DNA of 64,000 bases from the human T2T-CHM13v2.0 reference genome, Homo sapiens (GCF_009914755.1 NC_060925.1), one strand, 5' to 3'. Counted from the stretch's first letter, positions 42,756-58,600 are shown. Notes: generated by a model not told the origin, from the letters alone. A program made the numbers and translations.

Positions 42756-44086
42756 ATGGAATCGTCATCGAATGAATTGAATGCAATCATCGAATGGTCT
42801 CGAATGGAATCATCTTCTAATGGAAAGGAATGGAATCATCGCATAGAATCGAATGGAATTATCATCGAATGGAATCGAATGGTATCAACACCAAACGGAA
42901 AAAAACGGAATTATCGAATGGAATCGAAGAGAATCTTCGAACGGACCCGAATGGAATCATCTAATGGAATGGAATGGAATAATCCATGGACTCGAATGCA
43001 ATCACCATCGAATGGAATCGAATGGAATCATCGAATGGACTCGAATGGAATAATCATTGAACGGAATCGAATGGAATCATCATCGGATGGAAATGAATGG
43101 AATCATCATCGAATGGAATCGAATAGAATTATGGAATGAAATCCAGTGTGATCATCATCGAATGGACCCGAATGGAATCATCATCCAACGGAAGCTAATG
43201 GAATCAACATCGAATGAATCGAATGGAAACACCATCGAATTGAAACGAATGGAATTATCATGAAATTGAAATGGATGGACTCATCATCGAATGGATTCGA
43301 ATGGAATCATCGAATAAAATTGATTGAAATCATCATCAAATGGAATCGAATGGTATCATTGAATGGAATCGAATGGAATCATCATCAGATGGAAATGAAT
43401 GGAATCGTCATAGAATGGAATCGAATGGATTCATTGAATGGAATCAGATGGAATCATCGAATGGACTGGAATGGAATCATTGAATGGACTCGAAAGGCAT
43501 CATTATTGAATGGAATTGAATGGAATCATCGAATGGTCTCGATTGGAATCATTACCAAATGGAATCGAATGGAATCACCGAATAGAATCGAATGGAACAA
43601 TCATCGAATGGACTCAAATGGAATTATCCTCCAATGGAATCGAATGGAATTATCGAATGCAATCGAATGGAATTATCGAATGCAATCGAATGGAATTATC
43701 GAATGCAATCGAATAGAATCATCGAATGGACTCGAATGGAATCATCGAATGGAATGGAATGGAACAGTCAATGAACTCGAATGGAATCATCATTGAATGG
43801 AATCGAATGGAATCATCGAGTGGAATCGAATGGAATTATGATCAAATGGAATCGAATGTAATCATCATCAAATGGAATCAAAAATAACCATCATCAATTG
43901 GTATTGAATGGAATTGTCATCAAATGGAATTCAAAGGAATCATCATCAAATGGAACCGAATGGAATCCTCATTGAATGGAAATGAAAGGGGTCATCATCT
44001 AATGGAATCGCATGGAATCATCATCAAATGGAATCGAATGGAATCATCATCAAATGGAATCTAATGGAATCATTGAACAGAATTGA
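42756..44086 (+). repeat. 1331-bp marker unit, copy 2
   Basis: Same A/B fusion, with the triple 23-mer at 43646-43714. It lies 11984 bp after copy 1. Confidence 0.92.
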
Positions 44087-47000
44087 ATGGAATCGTCATC
44101 GAATGAATTGAATGCAATCATCGAATGGTCTCGAATGGAATCATCTTCTAATGGAAAGGAATGGAATCATCGCATAGAATCGAATGGAATTATCATCGAA
44201 TGGAATCGAATGGTATCAACACCAAACGGAAAAAAACGGAATTATCGAATGGAATCGAAGAGAATCTTCGAACGGACCCGAATGGAATCATCTAATGGAA
44301 TGGAATGGAATAATCCATGGACTCGAATGCAATCATCATCGAATGGAATCGAATGGAGTCATCGAATGGACTCGAATGGAATAATCATTGAACGGAATCG
44401 AATGGAATCATCATCGGATGGAAACGAATGGAATCATCATCGAATGGAAATGAAAGGAGTCATCATCTAATGGAATTGCATGGAATCATCATAAAATGGA
44501 ATCGAATGGAATCAACATCAAATGGAATCAAATGGAATCATTGAACGGAATTGAATGGAATCGTCATCGAATGAATTGACTGCAATCATCGAATGGTCTC
44601 GAATGGAATCATCTTCAAATGGAATGGAATGGAATCATCGCATAGAATCGAATGGAATTATCATCGAATGGAATCGAATGGAATCAACATCAAACGGAAA
44701 AAAACAGAATTATCGTATGGAATCTAAGAGAATCATCGAATGGACCCGAATGGAATCATCTAATGGAATGGAATGGAATAATCCATGGACTCGAATGCAA
44801 TCATCATCGAATGGAATCGAATGGAATCATCGAATGGACTCGAATGGAATAATCATTGAACGGAATCGAATGGAATCATCATCGGATGGAAATGAATGGA
44901 ATCATCATCGAATGGAATCGAATAGAATTATGGAATGAAATCCAGTGTGATCATCATCGAATGGACCCGAATGGAATCATCATCCAACGGAAGCTAATGG
45001 AATCAACATCGAATGAATCGAATGGAAACACCATCGAATTGAAACGAATGGAATTATCATGAAATTGAAATGGATGGACACATCATCGAATGGATTCGAA
45101 TGGAATCATCGAATAAAATTGATTGAAATCATCATCAAATGGAATCGAATGGTATCATTGAATGGAATCGAATGGAATCATCATCAGATGGAAATGAATG
45201 GAATCGTCATAGAATGGAATCGAATGGATTCATTGAATGGAATCAGATGGAATCATCGAATGGACTGGAATGGAATCATTGAATGGACTCGAAAGGGATC
45301 ATTATTGAATGGAATTGAATGGAATCATCGAATGGTCTCGATTGGAATCATTATCAAATGGAATCGAATGGAATCACCGAATAGAATCGAATGGAACAAT
45401 CATCGAATGGACTCAAATGGAATTATCCTCAAATGGAATCGAATGGAATTATCGAATGCAATCGAATGGAATTATCGAATGCAATCGAATAGAATCATCG
45501 AATGGACTCGAATGGAATCATCGAATGGAATGGAATGGAACAGTCAATGAACTCGAATGGAATCATCATTGAATGGAATCGAATGGAATCATCGAGTGGA
45601 ATCGAATGGAATTATGATCAAATGGAATCGAATGTAATCATCATCAAATGGAATCAAAAATAACCATCATCAATTGGTATTGAATGGAATTGTCATCAAA
45701 TGGAATTCAAAGGAATCATCATCAAATGGAACCGAATGGAATCCTCATTGAATGGAAATGAAAGGGGTCATCATCTAATGGAATCGCATGGAATCATCAT
45801 CAAATGGAATCGAATGGAATCATCATCAAATGGAATCTAATGGAATCATTGAACAGAATTGAATGGAATCGTCATCGAATGAATTGAATGCAATCATCGA
45901 ATGGTCTCGAATGGAATCATCTTCTAATGGAAAGGAATGGAATCATCGCATAGAATCGAATGGAATTATCATCGAATGGAATCGAATGGTATCAACACCA
46001 AACGGAAAAAAACGGAATTATCGAATGGAATCGAAGAGAATCTTCGAACGGACCCGAATGGAATCATCTAATGGAATGGAATGGAATAATCCATGGACTC
46101 GAATGCAATCATCATCGAATGGAATGGAATGGAATCATCGAATGGACTCGAATGGAATAATCATTGAACGGAATCGAATGGAATCATCATCGGATGGAAA
46201 CGAATGGAATCATCATCGAATGGAAATGAAAGGAGTCATCATCTAATGGAATTGCATGGAATCATCATAAAATGGAATCGAATGGAATCAACATCAAATG
46301 GAATCAAATGGAATCATTGAACGGAATTGAATGGAATCGTCATCGAATGAATTGACTGCAATCATCGAATGTTCTCGAATGCAATCATCTTCAAATGGAA
46401 TGGAATGGAATCATCGCATAGAATCGAATGGAATTATCATCGAATGGAATCGAATGGAATCAACATCAAACGGAAAAAAACGGAATTATCGAATGGAATC
46501 GAAGAGAATCATCGAATGGACCCGAATGGAATCATCTAATGGAATGGAATGAAATAATCCATGGTCTCGAATGCAATCATCATCGAATGGAATCGAATGG
46601 AATCATCGAATGGACTCGAATGGAATAATCATTGAACGGAATCGAATGGAATCATCATCGGATGGAAATGAATGGAATCATCATCGAATGGAATCGAATA
46701 GAATTATGGAATGAAATCCAGTGTGATCATCATCGAATGGACCCGAATGGAATCATCATCCAACGGAAGCTAATGGAATCAACATCGAATGAATCGAATG
46801 GAAACACCATCGAATTGAAACGAATGGAATTATCATGAAATTGAAATGGATGGACTCATCATCGAATGGATTCGAATGGAATCATCGAATAAAATTGATT
46901 GAAATCATCATCGAATGGAATCGAATGGTATCATTGAATGGAATCGAATGGAATCATCATCAGATGGAAATGAATGGAATCGTCATAGAATGGAATCGAA

Positions 47001-49414
47001 TGGATTCATTGAATGGAATCAGATGGAATCATCGAATGGACTGGAATGGAATCATTGAATGGACTCGAAAGGGATCATGATTGAATGGAATTGAATGGAA
47101 TCATCGAATGGTCTCGATTGGAATCATTATCAAATGGAATCGAATGGAATCACCGAATAGAATCGAATGGAACAATCATCGAATGGACTCAAATGGAATT
47201 ATCCTCAAATGGAATCGAATGGAATTATCGAATGCAATCGAATGGAATTATCGAATGCAATCGAATAGAATCATCGAAAGGACTCGAATGGAATCATCGA
47301 ATGGAATGGAATGGAACAGTCAATGAACTCGAATGGAATCATCATTGAATGGAATCGAATGGAATCATCGAGTGGAATCGAATGGAATTATGATCAAATG
47401 GAATCGAATGTATTCATCATCAAATGGAATCAAAAATAACCATCATCAATTGGTATTGAATGGAATTGTCATCAAATGGAATTCAAAGGAATCATCATCA
47501 AATGGAACCGAATGGAATCCTCATTGAATGGAAATGAAAGGGGTCATCATCTAATGGAATCGCATGGAATCATCATCAAATGGAATCGAATGGAATCATC
47601 ATCAAATGGAATCTAATGGAATCATTGAACAGAATTGAATGGAATCGTCATCGAATGAATTGAATGCAATCATCGAATGGTCTCGAATGGAATCATCTTC
47701 TAATGGAAAGGAATGGAATCATCGCATAGAATCGAATGGAATTATCATCGAATGGAATCGAATGGTATCAACACCAAACGGAAAAAAACGGAATTATCGA
47801 ATGGAATCGAAGAGAATCTTCGAACGGACGCGAATGGAATCATCTAATGGAATGGAATGGAATAATCCATGGACTCGAATGCAATCATCATCGAATGGAA
47901 TGGAATGGAATCATCGAATGGACTCGAATGGAATAATCATTGAACGGAATCGAATGGAATCATCATCGGATGGAAACGAATGGAATCATCATCGAATGGA
48001 AATGAAAGGAGTCATCATCTAATGGAATTGCATGGAATCATCATAAAATGGAATCGAATGGAATCAACATCAAATGGAATCAAATGGAATCATTGAACGG
48101 AATTGAATGGAATCGTCATCGAATGAATTGACTGCAATCATCGAATGTTCTCGAATGGAATCATCTTCAAATGGAATGGAATGGAATCATCGCATAGAAT
48201 CGAATGGAATTATCATCGAATGGAATCGAATGGAATCAACATCAAACGGAAAAAAACGGAATTATCGTATGGAATCGAAGAGAATCATCGAATGGACCCG
48301 AATGGAATCATCTAATGGAATGGAATGGAATAATCCATGGACTCGAATGCAATCATCATCGAATGAAATCGAATGGAATCATCGAATGGACTCGAATGGA
48401 ATAATCATTGAACGGAATCGAATGGAATCATCATCGGATGGAAATGAATGGAATCATCATCGAATGGAATCGAATAGAATTATGGAATGAAATCCAGTGT
48501 GATCATCATCGAATGGACCCGAATGGAATCATCATCCAACGGAAGCTAATGGAATCAACATCGAATGAATCGAATGGAAACACCATCGAATTGAAACGAA
48601 TGGAATTATCATGAAATTGAAATGGATGGACTCATCATCGAATGGATTCGAATGGAATCATCGAATAAAATTGATTGAAATCATCATCGAATGGAATCGA
48701 ATGGTATCATTGAATGGAATCGAATGGAATCATCATCAGATGGAAATGAATGGAATCGTCATAGAATGGAATCGAATGGATTCATTGAATGGAATCAGAT
48801 GGAATCATCGAATGGACTGGAATGGAATCATTGAATGGACTCGAAAGGGATCATGATTGAATGGAATTGAATGGAATCATCGAATGGTCTCGATTGGAAT
48901 CATTATCAAATGGAATCGAATGGAATCACCGAATAGAATCGAATGGAACAATCATCGAATGGACTCAAATGGAATTATCCTCAAATGGAATCGAATGGAA
49001 TTATCGAATGCAATCGAATGGAATTATCGAATGCAATCGAATAGAATCATCGAAAGGACTCGAATGGAATCATCGAATGGAATGGAATGGAACAGTCAAT
49101 GAACTCGAATGGAATCATCATTGAATGGAATCGAATGGAATCATCGAGTGGAATCGAATGGAATTATGATCAAATGGAATCGAATGTAATCATCATCAAA
49201 TGGAATCAAAAATAACCATCATCAATTGGTATTGAATGGAATTGTCATCAAATGGAATTCAAAGGAATCATCATCAAATGGAACCGAATGGAATCCTCAT
49301 TGAATGGAAATGAAAGGGGTCATCATCTAATGGAATCGCATGGAATCATCATCAAATGGAATCGAATGGAATCATCATCAAATGGAATCTAATGGAATCA
49401 TTGAACAGAATTGA

Positions 49415-50745
49415 ATGGAATCGTCATCGAATGAATTGAATGCAATCATCGAATGGTCTCGAATGGAATCATCTTCTAATGGAAAGGAATGGAATCATCG
49501 CATAGAATCGAATGGAATTATCATCGAATGGAATCGAATGGTATCAACACCAAACGGAAAAAAACGGAATTATCGAATGGAATCGAAGAGAATCTTCGAA
49601 CGGACCCGAATGGAATCATCTAATGGAATGGAATGGAATAATCCATGGACTCGAATGCAATCATCATCGAATGGAATCGAATGGAATCATCGAATGGACT
49701 CGAATGGAATAATCATTGAACGGAATCGAATGGAATCATCATCGGATGGAAATGAATGGAATCATCATCGAATGGAATCGAATAGAATTATGGAATGAAA
49801 TCCAGTGTGATCATCATCGAATGGACCCGAATGGAATCATCATCCAACGGAAGCTAATGGAATCAACATCGAATGAATCGAATGGAAACACCATCGAATT
49901 GAAACGAATGGAATTATCATGAAATTGAAATGGATGGACTCATCATCGAATGGATTCGAATGGAATCATCGAATAAAATTGATTGAAATCATCATCAAAT
50001 GGAATCGAATGGTATCATTGAATGGAATCGAATGGAATCATCATCAGATGGAAATGAATGGAATCGTCATAGAATGGAATCGAATGGATTCATTGAATGG
50101 AATCAGATGGAATCATCGAATGGACTGGAATGGAATCATTGAATGGACTCGAAAGGGATCATTATTGAATGGAATTGAATGGAATCATCGAATGGTCTCG
50201 ATTGGAATCATTACCAAATGGAATCGAATGGAATCACCGAATAGAATCGAATGGAACAATCATCGAATGGACTCAAATGGAATTATCCTCCAATGGAATC
50301 GAATGGAATTATCGAATGCAATCGAATGGAATTATCGAATGCAATCGAATGGAATTATCGAATGCAATCGAATAGAATCATCGAATGGACTCGAATGGAA
50401 TCATCGAATGGAATGGAATGGAACAGTCAATGAACTCGAATGGAATCATCATTGAATGGAATCGAATGGAATCATCGAGTGGAATCGAATGGAATTATGA
50501 TCAAATGGAATCGAATGTAATCCTCATCAAATGGAATCAAAAATAACCATCATCAATTGGTATTGAATGGAATTGTCATCAAATGGAATTCAAAGGAATC
50601 ATCATCAAATGGAACCGAATGGAATCCTCATTGAATGGAAATGAAAGGGGTCATCATCTAATGGAATCGCATGGAATCATCATCAAATGGAATCGAATGG
50701 AATCATCATCAAATGGAATCTAATGGAATCATTGAACAGAATTGA
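49415..50745 (+). repeat. 1331-bp marker unit, copy 3
   Basis: Same A/B fusion, with the triple 23-mer at 50305-50373. It lies 6659 bp after copy 2. Confidence 0.92.
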
Positions 50746-53700
50746 ATGGAATCGTCATCGAATGAATTGAATGCAATCATCGAATGGTCTCGAATGGAAT
50801 CATCTTCTAATGGAAAGGAATGGAATCATCGCATAGAATCGAATGGAATTATCATCGAATGGAATCGAATGGTATCAACACCAAACGGAAAAAAACGGAA
50901 TTATCGAATGGAATCGAAGAGAATCTTCGAACGGACCCGAATGGAATCATCTAATGGAATGGAATGGAATAATCCATGGACTCGAATGCAATCATCATCG
51001 AATGGAATCGAATGGAGTCATCGAATGGACTCGAATGGAATAATCATTGAACGGAATCGAATGGAATCATCATCGGATGGAAACGAATGGAATCATCATC
51101 GAATGGAAATGAAAGGAGTCATCATCTAATGGAATTGCATGGAATCATCATAAAATGGAATCGAATGGAATCAACATCAAATGGAATCAAATGGAATCAT
51201 TGAACGGAATTGAATGGAATCGTCATCGAATGAATTGACTGCAATCATCGAATGGTCTCGAATGGAATCATCTTCAAATGGAATGGAATGGAATCATCGC
51301 ATAGAATCGAATGGAATTATCATCGAATGGAATCGAATGGAATCAACATCAAACGGAAAAAAACAGAATTATCGTATGGAATCTAAGAGAATCATCGAAT
51401 GGACCCGAATGGAATCATCTAATGGAATGGAATGGAATAATCCATGGACTCGAATGCAATCATCATCGAATGGAATCGAATGGAATCATCAAATGGACTC
51501 GAATGGAATAATCATTGAACGGAATCGAATGGAATCATCATCGGATGGAAATGAATGGAATCATCATCGAATGGAATCGAATAGAATTATGGAATGAAAT
51601 CCAGTGTGATCATCATCGAATGGACCCGAATGGAATCATCATCCAACGGAAGCTAATGGAATCAACATCGAATGAATCGAATGGAAACACCATCGAATTG
51701 AAACGAATGGAATTATCATGAAATTGAAATGGATGGACACATCATCGAATGGATTCGAATGGAATCATCGAATAAAATTGATTGAAATCATCATCAAATG
51801 GAATCGAATGGTATCATTGAATGGAATCGAATGGAATCATCATCAGATGGAAATGAATGGAATCGTCATAGAATGGAATCGAATGGATTCATTGAATGGA
51901 ATCAGATGGAATCATCGAATGGACTGGAATGGAATCATTGAATGGACTCGAAAGGGATCATGATTGAATGGAATTGAATGGAATCATCGAATGGTCTCGA
52001 TTGGAATCATTATCAAATGGAATCGAATGGAATCACCGAATAGAATCGAATGGAACAATCATCGAATGGACTCAAATGGAATTATCCTCAAATGGAATCG
52101 AATGGAATTATCGAATGCAATCGAATGGAATTATCGAATGCAATCGAATAGAATCATCGAATGGACTCGAATGGAATCATCGAATGGAATGGAATGGAAC
52201 AGTCAATGAACTCGAATGGAATCATCATTGAATGGAATCGAATGGAATCATCGAGTGGAATCGAATGGAATTATGATCAAATGGAATCGAATGTAATCAT
52301 CATCAAATGGAATCAAAAATAACCATCATCAATTGGTATTGAATGGAATTGTCATCAAATGGAATTCAAAGGAATCATCATCAAATGGAACCGAATGGAA
52401 TCCTCATTGAATGGAAATGAAAGGGGTCATCATCTAATGGAATCGCATGGAATCATCATCAAATGGAATCGAATGGAATCATCATCAAATGGAATCTAAT
52501 GGAATCATTGAACAGAATTGAATGGAATCGTCATCGAATGAATTGAATGCAATCATCGAATGGTCTCGAATGGAATCATCTTCTAATGGAAAGGAATGGA
52601 ATCATCGCATAGAATCGAATGGAATTATCATCGAATGGAATCGAATGGTATCAACACCAAACGGAAAAAAACGGAATTATCGAATGGAATCGAAGAGAAT
52701 CTTCGAACGGACCCGAATGGAATCATCTAATGGAATGGAATGGAATAATCCATGGACTCGAATGCAATCATCATCGAATGGAATCGAATGGAATCATCGA
52801 ATGGACTCGAATGGAATAATCATTGAACGGAATCGAATGGAATCATCATCGGATGGAAATGAATGGAATCATCATCGAATGGAAATGAAAGGAGTCATCA
52901 TCTAATGGAATTGCATGGAATCATCATAAAATGGAATCGAATGGAATCAACATCAAATGGAATCAAATGGAATCATTGAACGGAATTGAATGGAATCGTC
53001 ATCGAATGAATTGACTGCAATCATCGAATGGTCTCGAATGGAATCATCTTCAAATGGAATGGAATGGAATCATCGCATAGAATCGAATGGAATTATCATC
53101 GAATGGAATCGAATGGAATCAACATCAAACGGAAAAAAACGGAATTATCGAATGGAATCGAAGAGAATCATCGAATGGACCCGAATGGAATCATCTAATG
53201 GAATGGAATGGAATAATCCATGGACTCGAATGCAATCATCATCGAATGGAATCGAATGGAATCATCGAATGGACTCGAATGGAATAATCATTGAACGGAA
53301 TCGAATGGAATCATCATCGGATGGAAATGAATGGAATCATCATCGAATGGAATCGAATAGAATTATGGAATGAAATCCAGTGTGATCATCATCGAATGGA
53401 CCCGAATGGAATCATCATCCAACGGAAGCTAATGGAATCAACATCGAATGAATCGAATGGAAACACCATCGAATTGAAACGAATGGAATTATCATGAAAT
53501 TGAAATGGATGGACTCATCATCGAATGGATTCGAATGGAATCATCGAATAAAATTGATTGAAATCATCATCCAATGGAATCGAATGGTATCATTGAATGG
53601 AATCGAATGGAATCATCATCAGATGGAAATGAATGGAATCGTCATAGAATGGAATCGAATGGATTCATTGAATGGAATCAGATGGAATCATCGAATGGAC

Positions 53701-54297
53701 TGGAATGGAATCATTGAATGGACTCGAAAGGGATCATGATTGAATGGAATTGAATGGAATCATCGAATGGTCTCGATTGGAATCATTACCAAATGGAATC
53801 GAATGGAATCACCGAATAGAATCGAATGGAACAATCATCGAATGGACTCAAATGGAATTATCCTCAAATGGAATCGAATGGAATTATCGAATGCAATCGA
53901 ATGGAATTATCGAATGCAATCGAATAGAATCATCGAATGGACTCGAATGGAATCATCGAATGGAATGGAATGGAACAGTCAATGAACTCGAATGGAATCA
54001 TCATTGAATGGAATCGAATGGAATCATCGAGTGGAATCGAATGGAATTATGATCAAATGGAATCGAATGTAATCATCATCAAATGGAATCAAAAATAACC
54101 ATCATCAATTGGTATTGAATGGAATTGTCATCAAATGGAATTCAAAGGAATCATCATCAAATGGAACCGAATGGAATCCTCATTGAATGGAAATGAAAGG
54201 GGTCATCATCTAATGGAATCGCCTGGAATCATCATCAAATGGAATCGAATGGAATCATCATCAAATGGAATCAAATGGAATCATTGAACGGAATTGA

Positions 54298-55605
54298 ATG
54301 GAATCGTCATCGAATGAATTGACTGCAATCATCGAATGGTCTCGAATGGAATCATCTTCAAATGGAATGGAATGGAATCATCGCATAGAATCGAATGGAA
54401 TTATCATCGAATGGAATCGAATGGAATCAACATCAAACGGAAAAAAACGGAATTATCGAATGGAATCGAAGAGAATCATCGAATGGACCCGAATGGAATC
54501 ATCTAATGGAATGGAATGGAATAATCCATGGACTCGAATGCAATCATCATCGAATGGAATCGAATGGAATCATCGAATGGACTCGAATGGAATAATCATT
54601 GAACGGAATCGAATGGAATCATCATCGGATGGAAATGAATGGAATCATCATCGAATGGAATCGAATAGAATTATGGAATGAAATCCAGTGTGATCATCAT
54701 CGAATGGACCCGAATGGAATCATCATCCAACGGAAGCTAATGGAATCAACATCGAATGAATCGAATGGAAACACCATCGAATTGAAACGAATGGAATTAT
54801 CATGAAATTGAAATGGATGGACTCATCATCGAATGGATTCGAATGGAATCATCGAATAAAATTGATTGAAATCATCATCCAATGGAATCGAATGGTATCA
54901 TTGAATGGAATCGAATGGAATCATCATCAGATGGAAATGAATGGAATCGTCATAGAATGGAATCGAATGGATTCATTGAATGGAATCAGATGGAATCATC
55001 GAATGGACTGGAATGGAATCATTGAATGGACCCGAAAGGGATCATGATTGAATGGAAATGAATGGAATCATCGAATGGTCTCGATTGGAATCATTACCAA
55101 ATGGAATCGAATGGAATCACCGAATAGAATCGAATGGAACAATCATCAAATGGACTCAAATGGAATTATCCTCAAATGGAATCGAATGGAATTATCGAAT
55201 GCAATCGAATGGAAATATCGAATGCAATCGAATAGAATCATCGAATGGACTCGAATGGAATCATCGAATGGAATGGAATGGAACAGTCAATGAACTCGAA
55301 TGGAATCATCATTGAATGGAATCGAATGGAATCATCGAGTGGAATCGAATGGAATTATGATCAAATGGAATCGAATGGAATCATCATCAAATGGAATCAA
55401 AAATAACCATCATCAATTGGTATTGAATGGAATTGTCATCAAATGGAATTCAAAGGAATCATCATCAAATGGAACCGAATGGAATCCTCATTGAATGGAA
55501 ATGAAAGGGGTCATCATCTAATGGAATCGCATGGAATCATCATCAAATGGAATCGAATGGAATCATCATCAAATGGAATCTAATGGAATCATTGAACAGA
55601 ATTGA
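54298..55605 (+). repeat. 1308-bp variant unit lacking subunit A
   Basis: The A-type lead-in (ggggtcatc...ggaatcatcatcaaatgg) switches at ~54265 to the B-type ggaatcaaatggaatcattgaacgg, followed by a pure B subunit and a normal two-copy 23-mer tail. Confidence 0.88.
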
Positions 55606-58600
55606 ATGGAATCGTCATCGAATGAATTGAATGCAATCATCGAATGGTCTCGAATGGAATCATCTTCTAATGGAAAGGAATGGAATCATCGCATAGAATC
55701 GAATGGAATTATCATCGAATGGAATCGAATGGTATCAACACCAAACGGAAAAAAACGGAATTATCGAATGGAATCGAAGAGAATCTTCGAACGGACCCGA
55801 ATGGAATCATCTAATGGAATGGAATGGAATAATCCATGGACTCGAATGCAATCATCATCGAATGGAATCGAATGGAGTCATCGAATGGACTCGAATGGAA
55901 TAATCATTGAACGGAATCGAATGGAATCATCATCGGATGGAAACGAATGGAATCATCATCGAATGGAAATGAAAGGAGTCATCATCTAATGGAATTGCAT
56001 GGAATCATCATAAAATGCAATCGAATGGAATCAACATCAAATGGAATCAAATGGAATCATTGAACGGAATTGAATGGAATCGTCATCGAATGAATTGACT
56101 GCAATCATCGAATGGTCTCGAATGGAATCATCTTCAAATGGAATGGAATGGAATCATCGCATAGAATCGAATGGAATTATCATCAAATGGAATCGAATGG
56201 AATCAACATCAAACGGAAAAAAACGGAATTATCGTATGGAATCTAAGAGAATCATCGAATGGACCCGAATGGAATCATCTAATGGAATGGAATGGAATAA
56301 TCCATGGACTCGAATGCAATCATCATCGAATGGAATCGAATGGAATCATCGAATGGACTCGAATGGAATAATCATTGAACGGAATCGAATGGAATCATCA
56401 TCGGATGGAAATGAATGGAATCATCATCGAATGGAATCGAATAGAATTATGGAATGAAATCCAGTGTGATCATCATCGAATGGACCCGAATGGAATCATC
56501 ATCCAACGGAAGCTAATGGAATCAACATCGAATGAATCGAATGGAAACACCATCGAATTGAAACGAATGGAATTATCATGAAATTGAAATGGATGGACAC
56601 ATCATCGAATGGATTCGAATGGAATCATCGAATAAAATTGATTGAAATCATCATCCAATGGAATCGAATGGTATCATTGAATGGAATCGAATGGAATCAT
56701 CATCAGATGGAAATGAATGGAATCGTCATGGAATGGAATCGAATGGATTCATTGAATGGAATCAGATGGAATCATCGAATGGACTGGAATGGAATCATTG
56801 AATGGACTCGAAAGGGATCATTATTGAATGGAATTGAATGGAATCATCGAATGGTCTCGATTGGAATCATTACCAAATGGAATCGAATGGAATCACCGAA
56901 TAGAATCGAATGGAACAATCATCGAATGGACTCAAATGGAATTATCCTCCAATGGAATCGAATGGAATTATCGAATGCAATCGAATGGAATTATCGAATG
57001 CAATCGAATAGAATCATCGAATGGACTCGAATGGAATCATCGAATGGAATGGAATGGAACAGTCAATGAACTCGAATGGAATCATCATTGAATGGAATCG
57101 AATGGAATCATCGAGTGGAATCGAATGGAATTATGATCAAATGGAATCGAATCTAATCATCATCAAATGGAATCAAAAATAACCATCATCAATTGGTATT
57201 GAATGGAATTGTCATCAAATGGAATTCAAAGGAATCATCATCAAATGGAACCGAATGGAATCCTCATTGAATGGAAATGAAAGGGGTCATCATCTAATGG
57301 AATCGCATGGAATCATCATCAAATGGAATCGAATGGAATCATCATCAAATGGAATCTAATGGAATCATTGAACAGAATTGAATGGAATCGTCATCGAATG
57401 AATTGAATGCAATCATCGAATGGTCTCGAATGGAATCATCTTCTAATGGAAAGGAATGGAATCATCGCATAGAATCGAATGGAATTATCATCGAATGGAA
57501 TCGAATGGTATCCACACCAAACGGAAAAAAACGGAATTATCGAATGGAATCGAAGAGAATCTTCGAACGGACCCGAATGGAATCATCTAATGGAATGGAA
57601 TGGAATAATCCATGGACTCGAATGCAATCATCATCGAATGGAATGGAATGGAATCATCGAATGGACTCGAATGGAATAATCATTGAACGGAATCGAATGG
57701 AATCATCATCGGATGGAAATGAATGGAATCATCATCGAATGGAAATGAAAGGAGTCATCATCTAATGGAATTGCATGGAATCATCATAAAATGGAATCGA
57801 ATGGAATCAACCTCAAATGGAATCAAATGGAATCATTGAACGGAATTGAATGGAATCGTCATCGAATGAATTGACTGCAATCATCGAATGGTCTCGAATG
57901 GAATCATCTTCAAATGGAATGGAATGGAATCATCGCATAGAATCGAATGGAATTATCATCGAATGGAATCGAATGGAATCAACATCAAACGGAAAAAAAC
58001 GGAATTATCGAATGGAATCGAAGAGAATCATCGAATGGACCCGAATGGAATCATCTAATGGAATGGAATGGAATAATCCATGGACTCGAATGCAATCATC
58101 ATCGAATGGAATCGAATGGAATCATCGAATGGACTCGAATGGAATAATCATTGAACGGAATCGAATGGAATCATCATCGGATGGAAATGAATGGAATCAT
58201 CATCGAATGGAATCGAATAGAATTATGGAATGAAATCCAGTGTGATCATCATCGAATGGACCCGAATGGAATCATCATCCAACGGAAGCTAATGGAATCA
58301 ACATCGAATGAATCGAATGGAAACACCATCGAATTGAAACGAATGGAATTATCATGAAATTGAAATGGATGGACTCATCATCGAATGGATTCGAATGGAA
58401 TCATCGAATAAAATTGATTGAAATCATCATCCAATGGAATCGAATGGTATCATTGAATGGAAACGAATGGAATCATCATCAGATGGAAATGAATGGAATC
58501 GTCATAGAATGGAATCGAATGGATTCATTGAATGGAATCAGATGGAATCATCGAATGGACTGGAATGGAATCATTGAATGGACTCGAAAGGGATCATGAT

